Shown: positions 1 to 10,406, numbered from the stretch's first letter. The stretch is DNA of 64,000 nucleotides from Alphaproteobacteria bacterium (GCA_965249135.1 OZ252220.1:1024001-1088000); one strand, 5' to 3'. Program-made: numbers and translations. Notes: generated from the sequence alone by a model not told the origin.

Positions 1-939
1 TCTTCCGAAATTTACGTGTTCGCCGATCCACTTCGTCTGGATCGGCCTTGTTAGCGCCGTCTCATTGAAGTCACCAAACGCACTGGTCGCCTTCAGACTA
101 TGAACGGAGCCGTCCGACCACATGAATCCTAGATCATCTATGAACCTGAATATCGTATTGTGCCCAACAGCCCCGAGCCCTTTCACGAAGGTCGTTCTTG
201 CGAATGCGTCTGAACCTGTCGGCGCAGAACCTGTGATACGGTGAATGGATCCCTTGCGAGGACCCTTGAATACCCAAAGCTCATTTTTATGACTGGCAAG
301 GCCAGTGATTACATCGCCGTCGCTTGGTTCAATATCGATCGAACCAGAACCTGACCCCACCCAATCCGCAGGGTCTAGAAGCGCGCAATAATAGAGCCGG
401 GAAGGCTTAGCGGCGTTGCCTGCTGCCCACATACGGTTTTGGTGTGTTTCTACGAATGCAAAATTTGGTGGCGTACCAGCCAAATCTTGTGCTGTGCTTC
501 CGTCCCAGCTTTTCGGAACGTCAGCTGTGGAGTTAGAAGCAATGACCAAAAGATCCTCAAGCATCGCGTAGGAAGGGACCTTATCTGCATCCAAGCCAGT
601 GAATAGATCGGCAAAGGTGCCGTCTGCGTCGTCTTCCTTGATCTTCGTGCTGATGTGGATGACGCGATGCTGCGTCTGGCCCCCGCCAGTACCACTAAAC
701 CAAGCATCAAACACACCCTTGATATTCGCGCCGCTCTCGAGTGCAGACGAATTCAATTTCGTAGCACCAGGGGCCTTACGTAGCCCGCCATCTAATTCGT
801 ATACGAGGTTATCTGCCTCTACCAAGAACGGCACATTGACTTCGCCATTCTCGCCAATGGAAACATTGACGGTCGGCCCAAAATCCGTGGCCCAACCGCC
901 AGTAAGCGAATGCCTCAAGAATGTGTCATTTGTCGTCAT
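1..939 (-). CDS. Tail nozzle/DNA-stabilisation-like virion protein (runs off window edge)
   Basis: Not in ORF track; read by hand MTTNDTFLRHSLTGGWATDFGP...HQNRMWAAGN..PSRLYYC; ATG overlaps stop of upstream adaptor gene (ATGA); beta-propeller-like. Confidence 0.7.
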   Translation of the reverse strand, partial: MTTNDTFLRHSLTGGWATDFGPTVNVSIGENGEVNVPFLVEADNLVYELDGGLRKAPGATKLNSSALESGANIKGVFDAWFSGTGGGQTQHRVIHISTKIKEDDADGTFADLFTGLDADKVPSYAMLEDLLVIASNSTADVPKSWDGSTAQDLAGTPPNFAFVETHQNRMWAAGNAAKPSRLYYCALLDPADWVGSGSGSIDIEPSDGDVITGLASHKNELWVFKGPRKGSIHRITGSAPTGSDAFARTTFVKGLGAVGHNTIFRFIDDLGFMWSDGSVHSLKATSAFGDFNETALTRPIQTKWIGEHVNFGR

Positions 940-1952
940 TCTCTGATCTCGTCAAAGGCGGCGCCGGTTATAAAACGACGGCTCGAGGATGAATATGGGC
1001 GCTTCGCGCGCCGCGAATAGGCCACTAAGTTGGGCCGGATTTGCGGCTTCCCTGAGCCGATTTCATTATCAGAGGCGATTCGAACAACGATGTCTGTGTA
1101 TTCGGCCTTTACGTCGGCCGCGCGGGTATCGTCGTTTCGATCCCGATACCAGTTGTAAAGCGCCCATAGAACGATGGCATGGCGATAATTGAGCGGAACG
1201 ATTGGCTCGTCTGCATCTGCAGTAAGCGACGTCTGTACTGCTCCACCTGAGCTCAAGGCCAACTTATTTGTGACGAAAGCATATGGAATCAGGCTGACAT
1301 CGCTTGGCGGGCGATGGACGCGAAGCCGGCGGATAGGCGCAGTGTTGCCGCTAGGTGCACGATCAACGATCGTTCCAACCGTGATTTTCCCAGTGTTCTG
1401 ATTCCTTGGGAAACGGCGCCTGAAGTCCTTTCGGCCGATCAATGGGATTTCGCTGTTTTGATCGAAATAGGTTTGATCCAGCGGCCTCAAGAAATCTGCG
1501 TGAAGATCGAACTCGTCTTCGAAGTAAGTATAGGAAAGCCCGCTGTCGGTATCCCCTATATAGGGCTCATCAAGCGTAATTGACGTGTCGCTTCCTACCG
1601 CTGAAATCTCATATACATCCGTGCCGCCAAAGACCAGTTTCCCTATCGTTCTCGCATTCGCTTCGCCGTAAGCGTTATTCGTATTCCAAGCGGTGCTCGC
1701 TCCCGTAACCGTCGTCGATCCATTCGTGACCGTCACCGTGCCTGTCGTATAGCTCCCGTGGGTACGAAGCACGTCCTTGCGTTCTGCCCATGGGAATTGT
1801 TCGCCAAAGCCAATGTGCATGTCTTGTAGTCCGATATTGACCCAGCGCTTTGCTATATCGGACGTTGCCGTGACACTTGAATCCGCACGAACACGCTCTA
1901 AAAGATCCGTGTAAAGCTCCACGAAGGTTTTTGGCTGTGTAGATGTACTCAT
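936..1952 (-). CDS. Head-tail adaptor protein with inserted beta-rich domain
   Basis: N-terminal TFVELYTDLLERV, C-terminal DEPIVPLNYRHAIVLWALY typical of podovirus adaptors; position after capsid module. Confidence 0.65.
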   Translation of the reverse strand: MSTSTQPKTFVELYTDLLERVRADSSVTATSDIAKRWVNIGLQDMHIGFGEQFPWAERKDVLRTHGSYTTGTVTVTNGSTTVTGASTAWNTNNAYGEANARTIGKLVFGGTDVYEISAVGSDTSITLDEPYIGDTDSGLSYTYFEDEFDLHADFLRPLDQTYFDQNSEIPLIGRKDFRRRFPRNQNTGKITVGTIVDRAPSGNTAPIRRLRVHRPPSDVSLIPYAFVTNKLALSSGGAVQTSLTADADEPIVPLNYRHAIVLWALYNWYRDRNDDTRAADVKAEYTDIVVRIASDNEIGSGKPQIRPNLVAYSRRAKRPYSSSSRRFITGAAFDEIRE

Positions 1953-2085
1953 TTGGACAATCCATTTCCGATTAGAAAGAATTCAACTATGTCCCCGGGT
2001 ACTTTCAGTGCCGCTTTCTCGGTTCCCGTCAGGTCTGGCTCACCATCGGCGTCGATCGCGCAGACCGCCCGCCCCGACTTACCCG

Positions 2086-2988
2086 TTAAGCCGCCGCGGC
2101 GGCCTTCCTTTCGGCGATCTCACGCTTAAGATCATCCGCCTTCTTTCCATGAATAGAAATTCCGAGACCCGTCGCTTCTGCCCGCAGGACGTCCCACGCG
2201 GACGTTTTGCGGCCTCTCTTCGCTTGGGCCTTTCTCGACGGACTTGGCGCTTGTGCAGCTGTTTCGCTCTTCTCAGCAGCTTTCTTCTTTCCAAGAACCT
2301 GCCTCAATATGGAAAGAACGCGCTCGCGCTCGTCATTATCGAGAAAACTTATCTTCGCAGCGACGTCTGGAGAAAGTTCCTGAAGAAGCACCAAGTCCTC
2401 TTCCGTGAATATAACTGTGCCCACAGCGTCTTTCGGGTCCGCTGGAAAATAGTAATTCCTGGTAGGGACAACCGCGTTATCAAGGCTGAGTTGGCGAGAA
2501 TTCATAGTATCGCCGCTCGGCCTGAACATCTCGATATTCGCGACGTCAATTGGATTCTTGACGCCTTCGATGTCGCCTCCAGCGGCACGCCGAAGCCGGA
2601 TGTTTTTCCATTCGAGGACCTTGGGTTTGTTGCGATCCTCCCATGCGCGATGCTTGTCGACGGCCCCTGGCGGGCACCGCCGCATCTCTTCCTGAGTCGG
2701 CATTCCTTGAAGCATCTCGGCTTTAAGTTGGGCCTCTCGAGCTATCGCTTTATCGATTTGATCGGGCGAATATGCCTTTGGCGCCGTTTCGAGTTGCGAG
2801 TCCAAGGCCTTTAGTTGCCGCCGCGCCTCTGCCTTATCCTGCATCTGGCTAGACGGATCACCAAGCATTCCTTGAAGTCTGTTTTTTTCGTCCGTGACAT
2901 CGGCAACCTGCCGTGGACGCATCAAATGTTCTGTGCCTTCCCTGAACTGCTCGCTTGGCGCAGTCGTCGGTGTTGATTCTGACATCAT
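2086..2988 (-). CDS. Phage hypothetical protein with short C-terminal helical (Rho-N-like) motif
   Basis: 300 aa ORF in operon; C-terminal WDVLRAEATGLGISIHGKKADDLKREI. Confidence 0.6.
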   Translation of the reverse strand: MMSESTPTTAPSEQFREGTEHLMRPRQVADVTDEKNRLQGMLGDPSSQMQDKAEARRQLKALDSQLETAPKAYSPDQIDKAIAREAQLKAEMLQGMPTQEEMRRCPPGAVDKHRAWEDRNKPKVLEWKNIRLRRAAGGDIEGVKNPIDVANIEMFRPSGDTMNSRQLSLDNAVVPTRNYYFPADPKDAVGTVIFTEEDLVLLQELSPDVAAKISFLDNDERERVLSILRQVLGKKKAAEKSETAAQAPSPSRKAQAKRGRKTSAWDVLRAEATGLGISIHGKKADDLKREIAERKAAAAA

Positions 2989-3194
2989 AGACCTTCCTGT
3001 TTCGGGTGAATTTTGGCCTTCGGGAAACCGCTGGAACGATCCCTCGGCTGTGTCTTGCCTGGAACGCTGGCATTCGGGAAAGCTGGTTTCTCTTTCATCC
3101 CTGGCTTCCCCTTTGCCTTCACGCCTGTCGGAGGCGGCCTGTTCGGCGTTTCGCCTAGGCCGCGCTTGAACTCACTGAATAAAGGGTTACTCAT
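2985..3194 (-). CDS. Small basic phage protein
   Basis: Start/stop overlaps with both neighbours; K/P/G-rich. Confidence 0.55.
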   Translation of the reverse strand: MSNPLFSEFKRGLGETPNRPPPTGVKAKGKPGMKEKPAFPNASVPGKTQPRDRSSGFPKAKIHPKQEGL

Positions 3195-3379
3195 TTCACA
3201 TGCCCCAATTGAACGCTACGCGATCGTTTTGGAAACGATTTACCAACGGCAACAGTGCCTGACTTTTTCGGCGCCGTTGATCCGACCTTCTGACCCTTGC
3301 CCTTAATGCTGGTCGTCTCATTGACGCCGACGCTGCGCGTACGCTGTTTGAACGGATCGCCGATGCCAACCTTGCTCAT
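3191..3379 (-). CDS. Small basic phage protein
   Basis: ATGA coupling with neighbours. Confidence 0.55.
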   Translation of the reverse strand: MSKVGIGDPFKQRTRSVGVNETTSIKGKGQKVGSTAPKKSGTVAVGKSFPKRSRSVQLGHVK

Positions 3380-3696
3380 TTCTTGGCCCCCTTGGCATTC
3401 GACTTACTAGTCGAATTCTCTGTTGCCGCGCTTTCCTTGTTAGCGACTTGTTTGGCGGCCTTCGCGCCGGCCTTCGCAGCCTTCGCCGCTTCTGCTTCGG
3501 AAGCCTCCATGCACTGCCGGCGCTCTACAGATTTCAGCTTCCCGCCGACGCGCTCAACGGTGGCGCTTTCCATGGAAACGCGGGTTGGCCACAACTCGGC
3601 GTCTGCCTCAAGTTGAGCCTCAAGCCCAGAGATCAGATTTTTCGGAACACCGTTGAATGTAAACGTGTAGGAAATACTGCCGTCCTTCTTGCTCAT
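3376..3696 (-). CDS. Phage hypothetical protein
   Basis: RBS GAGGAG upstream; coupled to next gene. Confidence 0.6.
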   Translation of the reverse strand: MSKKDGSISYTFTFNGVPKNLISGLEAQLEADAELWPTRVSMESATVERVGGKLKSVERRQCMEASEAEAAKAAKAGAKAAKQVANKESAATENSTSKSNAKGAKK

Positions 3697-3786
3697 GGTC
3701 TTCTCCTCGTCTTGGCTGATACGCGCGGTGGTTTGCTTAATTTGCTCCCCACCGCGCTGAATATCAGCCGTGACTTTGGCTCGACA

Positions 3787-4704
3787 CTAGGAAACGTTGG
3801 CGCCCAAAATCCAGCGCCAATCGATCTTCGCATTCAGATAACGCATGTACCCGCGGAACTTTGCGATCAGCGTGTCGATGTCTTCTGCCATCGCAAATTC
3901 GATCGGTACGCGGTCAACCCAGAACGCAGACTGCTTGCGAAGAGTGCTATCCGACAGGAACCAGTTGTTCGTGTCGGTCAGATAATTCCACTCCTTCACC
4001 GTATAGGCGCCGCGATGAACGTTCGGGTTGTTATCCGCAGTGTCGACTTTTCCAAGAGCGCTTACGATTTCGAACGCCTGCTCAAACAGATCCGGTGGGA
4101 TCCAAAGCTCGTCAGGAGTGATCGAAATCCGGTTTGCACGATCGTCCCTGTAATTGACCATCTGGATACGAGCGGCTGACATCGCAGTAGCGGAAAGCGC
4201 CGCCGTCGTAAGATTGTCAAATCCTGCCGCCGTGCTGGCGCCGGAATTCGTAGTGTGGCTGTCTGAGCAAAGCGCAACGCCCTCCGAATCGACATAGAAG
4301 AACTGATCGTTCGAAAAAGCATTGTTGAGCAAACGCGCGCCATGCACTTGCCGTGTTCGCGCAGCTGCGGTAGCCAAGGCACGCGGGCGCTGCTCGATGA
4401 TGCCATATTGATCATCGTCGAACAGTTTCCTTTCGACCTGGATGCCGCTCGCAAACTCGATGTGCGTGGCGATCGTATCAAAGCCCTGGTTAAAGCTGTC
4501 GTAGTTCACGGTTCCCGTGAACTGACCAAAATTATCCAGAGCACCGACGCTTGACCAGCGCTCATCTGCGCGGCCATTGTCGCTTGGCATGGTGAACAAC
4601 TCGCTCAGCATGTCTGGAAGCTGGGCGTACTGTTCGTGTGCGATCTCCCGAAATCTCGGATCAAGAAGATCGGCGAAAGATTCAGAAACATGAGGTGCTG
4701 GCAT
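3787..4704 (-). CDS. Major capsid protein (Mu gpT-like family)
   Basis: FADLLDPRFREI, LFDDDQYGII, ITPDELWIPPDL, WNYLTDTNNWFL, DWRWILG pattern; RBS AGGAG. Confidence 0.85.
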   Translation of the reverse strand: MPAPHVSESFADLLDPRFREIAHEQYAQLPDMLSELFTMPSDNGRADERWSSVGALDNFGQFTGTVNYDSFNQGFDTIATHIEFASGIQVERKLFDDDQYGIIEQRPRALATAAARTRQVHGARLLNNAFSNDQFFYVDSEGVALCSDSHTTNSGASTAAGFDNLTTAALSATAMSAARIQMVNYRDDRANRISITPDELWIPPDLFEQAFEIVSALGKVDTADNNPNVHRGAYTVKEWNYLTDTNNWFLSDSTLRKQSAFWVDRVPIEFAMAEDIDTLIAKFRGYMRYLNAKIDWRWILGANVS

Positions 4705-4726
4705 CTTGCTGACTCCTTAAATCCGA

Positions 4727-5449
4727 TTAAATGCTTCCGCCAGAAGCAAAGAGGTGGTCGAACGGGCTGAGCATCACCGAGCTTTTGGTATTGCCCTCTC
4801 CCGATGAATCCAGCGCACGGACCTCAAGAACCCTAAAGTTGTTGTTGTCCGCGTCGATGGTTACGGAAGCGTCGACCTGTGTGAACACGGTCGATAACTG
4901 AACGAACTGGTTTTCACCAGGCCAGAACGGCGCACGGAGGAAGTTATCTCCGACAACCGTATCTGCCGGCAGTGCAACGGTGATGGTTGCAGCCGTCGTG
5001 CTGGTGCTGGTGATTTTCCTAGCAATGCCAGGGTTCGCACCATCATAGCCCCACAACATGCCCTCATCGAACTGCGGCGTGGTCCAATCGTCGCCGGTCG
5101 TAATCGCAAGACCTGTCGTGCTCGCAGTAGTAACGTCGTATTGGGTAAGCGCTGTGTTTTCTGTCGCGCCGCCCGAAAGCAAAGCCTCGAAAACTGCGTC
5201 TGGGTTAATGATGACGGAAACCTGTCGCTCGGGATCGCTACCGTCCGTCTGCTGCGCCGTAACCAGCGTGGCCTGGGTATCCAGGGTCACACCGACCAAA
5301 TCGGAAGCCGTTGTGGTGGCCGCTAGAACTGGCCCAGCATTACCGGCACCGCCGATAACAATTGGGACGCCTGCATTCGCCATGGCCTCGCCGATCTGGA
5401 ACTTTTGCACAACAGGGAGGCCCTGCGACAACGAATACGCGAATTCCAT
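4727..5449 (-). CDS. Capsid decoration/cement-like protein
   Basis: T/A/G-rich beta protein immediately upstream of MCP; IINPDAVFEA motif. Confidence 0.55.
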   Translation of the reverse strand: MEFAYSLSQGLPVVQKFQIGEAMANAGVPIVIGGAGNAGPVLAATTTASDLVGVTLDTQATLVTAQQTDGSDPERQVSVIINPDAVFEALLSGGATENTALTQYDVTTASTTGLAITTGDDWTTPQFDEGMLWGYDGANPGIARKITSTSTTAATITVALPADTVVGDNFLRAPFWPGENQFVQLSTVFTQVDASVTIDADNNNFRVLEVRALDSSGEGNTKSSVMLSPFDHLFASGGSI

Positions 5450-5467
5450 TTTGGAACCCTCCTAAAG

Positions 5468-5779
5468 TCAAGATGTTGAGTGATGAAGGTAAAGGCGCGC
5501 CTTCAGGACGAAATCGTCACATCCATCACACACGCCTCTCGCGAAGGGAATGTTCCGCCTAGTTACGTATCCGTTGCTGGCACTGTCGAATTTCGGATCA
5601 CACTTTGCACAAAGCATGACGACCTTCTTCAGCGCACAAAGATCGGATATGCGGCTGCCAGCGAGACGCCCGGGCCGCTGAGAAGTGGCAAGGCTCTGCC
5701 GCGCCACTTTCAGCTTGTCTGGTGCATCCCTATGGGATCTCTCGATTAGACGTCGGATTGCTTCGTTGCTCACGCTCAC
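5468..5779 (-). CDS. Hypothetical Zn-binding protein
   Basis: CxxC...CxxC (CAKC, CDGC). Confidence 0.55.
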   Translation of the reverse strand: MSVSNEAIRRLIERSHRDAPDKLKVARQSLATSQRPGRLAGSRISDLCALKKVVMLCAKCDPKFDSASNGYVTRRNIPFARGVCDGCDDFVLKARLYLHHSTS

Positions 5780-6552
5780 GCCCCCTTGCTAAATCCCGGC
5801 TTGCCCCATTTATCGACCGATTCAGCATATGCGGCGAGATCCTTGAATCGCCCCATATCAACCATCTTCTGACCGTACTCGCGCTGTTTCGGCGTAAGGC
5901 TGGTGATGGCCTTGTTGTCGCCACCTCCACCACCTTCGCCGCCATCTCCACCCCCGGTCGTTTCAGGGTAGGGATCCGCTTTCACGCGGCCCTTGCCCTG
6001 AATCGCATCTGGAGGCCCAAAAGCCGCTCGATAGGCCGCAACTTCGGTCTCTGCAGCGTCGGAAGGAAGGCCTAGGTCGACAAGCGCCGCAGCCTCCCTC
6101 AGCAACGCCGTACGTTCTGGCGTCCCATCGATTTTGCTTTGCGGAATTTTGGAGTGGTAAGTGCCCAAGTCGGTCTTCAGCTTGGTAATACGCTGTTCGG
6201 TTTGAACGGCCGTAGTCGCGGCTTGCCTACCCGCTTCCGCGGCCTTTTCCTGAGTCTGCTCGATGAGATAGACGTCCGCCGCCTCTTGGCTAAGCTTTCC
6301 CTCTTCCACCATCGTGCGTATCTCAGCTGGGGAATGTTCCCTTGATTCCTCCGATTTCTTGGACTGATCCATGGTCAGCTGATCGAGTCGTCCCTCTGCT
6401 CGGGCAGCCCTCTGCTCGGCATCGTTCTTCTTCGAAATTTCCTGATTCAGTCTTTCACGGGGAATCATGTCCGGCGAAGTTGGCGACCCTTCGCCCTTTT
6501 GTCCTTCCGCCTTGTTCGCAGCTTCAGAACTGTTCGCGCCCTCATTTGGCAT
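5776..6552 (-). CDS. Capsid scaffolding protein
   Basis: IPRERLNQEISKK coiled coil; C-terminal LTPKQREYGQKM; position between portal and MCP. Confidence 0.7.
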   Translation of the reverse strand: MPNEGANSSEAANKAEGQKGEGSPTSPDMIPRERLNQEISKKNDAEQRAARAEGRLDQLTMDQSKKSEESREHSPAEIRTMVEEGKLSQEAADVYLIEQTQEKAAEAGRQAATTAVQTEQRITKLKTDLGTYHSKIPQSKIDGTPERTALLREAAALVDLGLPSDAAETEVAAYRAAFGPPDAIQGKGRVKADPYPETTGGGDGGEGGGGGDNKAITSLTPKQREYGQKMVDMGRFKDLAAYAESVDKWGKPGFSKGA

Positions 6553-6627
6553 TTTAGACCTCCACGCACGTTTAGCCTGCGAAGCTGGCAGCGGCGACCT
6601 GCCGTTTACGCCCGATGAAGCAGATAC

Positions 6628-6665
6628 AAAAAAAGGCCCGCCGCGTTTTCACGCAGCAGGCCCGG
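6628..6665 (-). terminator. Rho-independent terminator-like hairpin
   Basis: GGGCC..GC stem followed by T-run on minus strand (AAAAAAAGGCCC...GGCCC on plus). Confidence 0.4.
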
Positions 6666-6687
6666 GTTGTCCGGTAGCCTTAAGCTA

Positions 6688-6870
6688 CTATTGCTTCAAG
6701 GAGACAATTTCCTTGACGTGATAGCCTAGAATTTTGCCTTCCTGAATATTGATAACGATATTTCCTGTGTTCTTGTCAACCATAAACTGGACTACTGCAT
6801 CCCACAGTAGATCAGGAAGTGCCGCCTTCACTTCGTTAAGGCGAGAAATTTTATTCGCTGTCTGCCCCAT
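6688..6870 (-). CDS. Small phage protein (DUF2292-like)
   Basis: TGNIVINIQEGKI motif. Confidence 0.5.
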   Translation of the reverse strand: MGQTANKISRLNEVKAALPDLLWDAVVQFMVDKNTGNIVINIQEGKILGYHVKEIVSLKQ

Positions 6871-7252
6871 TTCCCTTACTAAACTTTGCAAGCCATTCCT
6901 TAGCCATTTTCCCATCGTCTTTGATGCTTTGAGGTAGACCTATCACATCCTTAAGCGTGGTCGCGCGCTCACGAAGAATGGCAGAGGCGATCTTGAGCCG
7001 CATGATGTCGTTCGTGTCGACAATCGTAGGGTCGCCGATCTTTCTTTCGACCTCCCGCAGTTCTGCCTCCGTCACCTCGATGACGGATTGGAGCAGGGAG
7101 AGAAAAAAGTTCCAGTTCTCATCGTTCGTCAGATACTGGGCTTTGATGGCGGCCTGAGTTAAGCGATTGAGCATCGGCACCACAGATTCAGGCGGCGCCA
7201 CCTCTCTCTTGCGATCGAGCATGTCGTTGTAGTCTGAAAGATCGAAACTCAT
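6851..7252 (-). CDS. Phage protein downstream of portal
   Basis: Coupled to portal stop; helical. Confidence 0.65.
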   Translation of the reverse strand: MSFDLSDYNDMLDRKREVAPPESVVPMLNRLTQAAIKAQYLTNDENWNFFLSLLQSVIEVTEAELREVERKIGDPTIVDTNDIMRLKIASAILRERATTLKDVIGLPQSIKDDGKMAKEWLAKFSKGNGADSE

Positions 7253-9618
7253 TGTTGGCCCCCACCGCCGGCCGTCGGCAGGGCTTCGTCGACGAGCTCA
7301 TTCGAGCCGCTGGTCTGGGGCGGCGACGTGTCGACCGGAGCGCCTGGGCCTGGTGGCCTGCCGCCTTGACCGCCACCTTGGCCTTGGAGTGATCCAGCCG
7401 CCTGCAAGATGGCCTGCTGTTGCTGTTGGAGTTGTGCCCTTTGCGCTACCTCCTGCATGTAACCAGCAAATATCTGGACCTGGGGTGGCTTGAAGCGTCC
7501 AAACACGTTGTCATCCTCGGCAAATTGCTGCAGCGCTTGGAAATGCTCGATGGCACCGCCAGCTTCGGCAGGTACTCCGTTCGGCACCTTGTCTTGCATG
7601 ATAATCTGAACGGCCTCCTCCGCCATGATCCTTGGCAACAAGGCATCCTCATTCGGAGGATTAATGTAATCGTCAGGGTTAAGGCCCCATGCCTTCGCCT
7701 GATCGCGCATCCATCGGAAGACTCCTTCTGGAGTTGCGATCCCCAGCTGCAGCGTCAATTCCGACACATAGATTTGCCCGAATGCAGCAAGCGATTGCTG
7801 CAAGGCCGCCTTCGTCGTATTGAGGATGTTGGCAACGAATGTCCATGAAAATTTGCCCTTCATCTGGGACATATCTTCGATCTTGCCGTAGATTTCGTCT
7901 TTGCCTTCGGCGGCGCCGATGATTCTGAATTCCTTGTCTTTCGGAAGGTACGTCTTATTCAGTTGGTGTACCCATTCCCAGATGTCGGAAAGGCCCAAGA
8001 ATAAGCGACGCAACATGCGTTCTGGTCTGGCTTGGGATTGCCCCAACAGCAATGCCATATTGCCAGTCGTGCGAAGGGCTGACGATTTCCCAGCAGGTAC
8101 ATTGCCAAAATTAAGATCATTCTCCATGGCAAGACGATCTTCTTTACCTCCTAAAATCGTCATCATGTTGATGCCGAAATTCACATTGTTTGAGTTGAAC
8201 TGCGGAAAATTGACGTCACGCTGCGGGTCGCCCAAAGGATAGAGTTCGCCAGGCTGCAGCCGGATAATGTCGGGTTTCAGGTTCGACATCGGCCGGTAAA
8301 AGCCGAACTGCGTCAACGAAAACGTACCGGCATCGACCGTCTGATCCATCAGCATTTTTTGAGCGTCGTGAATCGGCTCAAGAATCTCTGGAAGCGACAG
8401 GCCGCGGCGGCGGCCTGGGACGGGGATAAAAGCGGCTTCGGCCAGCGGGCGCCGAGGCGGATTCGACGGAAAGACTTCGGTGAGATAGCGCGCGCGCAAT
8501 ACGGTCCCAGTCTCATAGATCACCCACCAGATGACGTCTTCGCTCACGCCATCGCCGTCGATGTCGTACATGTCGAAACAGGTAAGGCGGGTAAGCTTTT
8601 CGTGCGTCTCCGCACCTTTCTGCTGGGCTGTCTCTTCCTGCGTTCCCTCCAGCACATCCTTTTGTTCCTTAGAATCGCTGAAAGTCTGCCGTGTCGCGTT
8701 CTTAAGGCGCTTCAATTCCTCATTCGAAACCAGATCGTACCACCCAGATTTTACGAGCCGCACAATTTCATCCTTGGTAGGATTGTCGCGAAGAATGACA
8801 TGGGTGGCACCCGTTGGATTGCTCGGCCCAGCAATCTGAAGATTGCCACAACGCGGCGGACAGAGCACATCGTCATAGTCCTTGCGGATTATCTTTGGCC
8901 CGTCATGGACGACGACCTCACGGCGCAAGAGGAGTTCGATTTTTCCACCTTTCGTCGTATAGAACGACGCCCTTATTTCCTCGCCGTTTTGGAGTTCGAT
9001 ACTGTAATCCCAGACATCATTGCCAATCGCCTCCAACTTCGTTGCATCCTGAAATTCGGTCTGCAGGATGCGCCGGAAAGACTCTAGCGGGCTGATTCCT
9101 TCAGGAATCGGATCAAACTCACGGCGATCGATGACCTCGCGAACCTCTTTGATCCACGGTATGAACACGGTAAAAATGCCCTGATTGACGAAATCATCCA
9201 CCAGTTCGCTCACAATTCTTTCGCCATCGTCCTCGATAAAAATTTGCGTATCCAATAAGTTCGTAAGCTTGTCTTCATTCTCCTTGCTGGCTTTTGTGGT
9301 GCTTTGGGCGCTGATCACTGGGCGACTCGCCATGACGGCGTTTACCAACGTGTCCTGAATTCGAAAAGATTTCTCGGCAATGTCCGGAAGGGCTATGTCC
9401 GATGCGCCTTCCCATGGTAGGTCGACGACACCGCTCGTCCACATCCGAAGCTTTGCATATTGCTGCAGTCTGCGGTCACGATCATCGCTACTTAGGGCAA
9501 GGTCATCATCGAAGAATTTCTTGACCCGCTCGCCAATCTTCGCTTCGTCAAAATTCAAGGCAGAGCGACGACGGCGCCTGACGCGCACGCCATCAACGAA
9601 ATCCGGTTGTTTCGCCAT
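7249..9618 (-). CDS. Portal protein
   Basis: 789 aa; PWEGASDI, DIDGDGVSEDVI, RTTG, Q/P/G-rich tail; between terminase and scaffold. Confidence 0.88.
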   Translation of the reverse strand: MAKQPDFVDGVRVRRRRRSALNFDEAKIGERVKKFFDDDLALSSDDRDRRLQQYAKLRMWTSGVVDLPWEGASDIALPDIAEKSFRIQDTLVNAVMASRPVISAQSTTKASKENEDKLTNLLDTQIFIEDDGERIVSELVDDFVNQGIFTVFIPWIKEVREVIDRREFDPIPEGISPLESFRRILQTEFQDATKLEAIGNDVWDYSIELQNGEEIRASFYTTKGGKIELLLRREVVVHDGPKIIRKDYDDVLCPPRCGNLQIAGPSNPTGATHVILRDNPTKDEIVRLVKSGWYDLVSNEELKRLKNATRQTFSDSKEQKDVLEGTQEETAQQKGAETHEKLTRLTCFDMYDIDGDGVSEDVIWWVIYETGTVLRARYLTEVFPSNPPRRPLAEAAFIPVPGRRRGLSLPEILEPIHDAQKMLMDQTVDAGTFSLTQFGFYRPMSNLKPDIIRLQPGELYPLGDPQRDVNFPQFNSNNVNFGINMMTILGGKEDRLAMENDLNFGNVPAGKSSALRTTGNMALLLGQSQARPERMLRRLFLGLSDIWEWVHQLNKTYLPKDKEFRIIGAAEGKDEIYGKIEDMSQMKGKFSWTFVANILNTTKAALQQSLAAFGQIYVSELTLQLGIATPEGVFRWMRDQAKAWGLNPDDYINPPNEDALLPRIMAEEAVQIIMQDKVPNGVPAEAGGAIEHFQALQQFAEDDNVFGRFKPPQVQIFAGYMQEVAQRAQLQQQQQAILQAAGSLQGQGGGQGGRPPGPGAPVDTSPPQTSGSNELVDEALPTAGGGGQQ

Positions 9619-9622
9619 TTCC

Positions 9623-10027
9623 TTATTCCCTCCTCATAACTTCCGTCCATGGCAGCCAGTAAACGACACCCAAAATTGCAAGATTGGCCATTCTGAGGGT
9701 GTCCTGCCTCAGAGCCACAGTACGTTTTGCATCAGGGGCCGCCGCTTCGGCTTGGCGGAGTTGGACTGCATAAGCGAGCATCATACGGGCCCATATATCG
9801 GCTACGTTCGCTTCAATATGTGGCGAGCATTGCTCGCAAAATGTCATGTCGGTAATTGTGCCATTGGTCAGCAATAGACCGGCACGGATAGCGTCTTCGC
9901 GGGGGTCGCCAACGCCGGTTAGATCACCGGCCTTGTTGTGGAAAAGATCAAAGCATTGCTTATCGCAGATCGAGCAACAACCAAACTTCTTCGGTGTTAG
10001 TCTTTTCTCTCCAGGGACGTCTTGCAC
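9623..10027 (-). CDS. Hypothetical Cys-rich protein
   Basis: CSIC and CEQC motifs; in operon. Confidence 0.55.
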   Translation of the reverse strand: MQDVPGEKRLTPKKFGCCSICDKQCFDLFHNKAGDLTGVGDPREDAIRAGLLLTNGTITDMTFCEQCSPHIEANVADIWARMMLAYAVQLRQAEAAAPDAKRTVALRQDTLRMANLAILGVVYWLPWTEVMRRE

Positions 10028-10179
10028 TTTTCACACTCTTTATGGTTTTTAGCCGCCCCAATCGGCTCAAGTTTGTTAACATAGACGTCCTCCCTCCCAG
10101 AAGTTAATTCGCGTTTCACGTGAAACTTTTCTGTCTTACATTTTGGGCACCATAAGGTGCATTCCAGATCATTTGGCAT
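9997..10179 (-). CDS. Small Zn-ribbon protein
   Basis: CPKC...CEKC. Confidence 0.5.
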   Translation of the reverse strand: MPNDLECTLWCPKCKTEKFHVKRELTSGREDVYVNKLEPIGAAKNHKECEKCKTSLERKD

Positions 10180-10405
10180 CGGGAAATTTGAAGTTTTTGT
10201 GCTTCACTAAAATGTTCTCCGCCGCGGCTCGCCTCGCTTCTTCCCAACTTTCGGCAGCCTCTATTCGCGCCGCGTTGCACTCATCCATGTAGCCTTTTGC
10301 GATAACCGCACACTCATCGCAATAGTCACGCTTTATTGCATAGCCTATCTGATTTGTCGCGTCACCTTCTTTGCCGCAATTGTCGCAGATATATCGAATC
10401 GTCAT
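10169..10405 (-). CDS. Small Zn-binding protein
   Basis: CDNC...CDEC. Confidence 0.55.
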   Translation of the reverse strand: MTIRYICDNCGKEGDATNQIGYAIKRDYCDECAVIAKGYMDECNAARIEAAESWEEARRAAAENILVKHKNFKFPDAK

Positions 10406-10406
10406 C

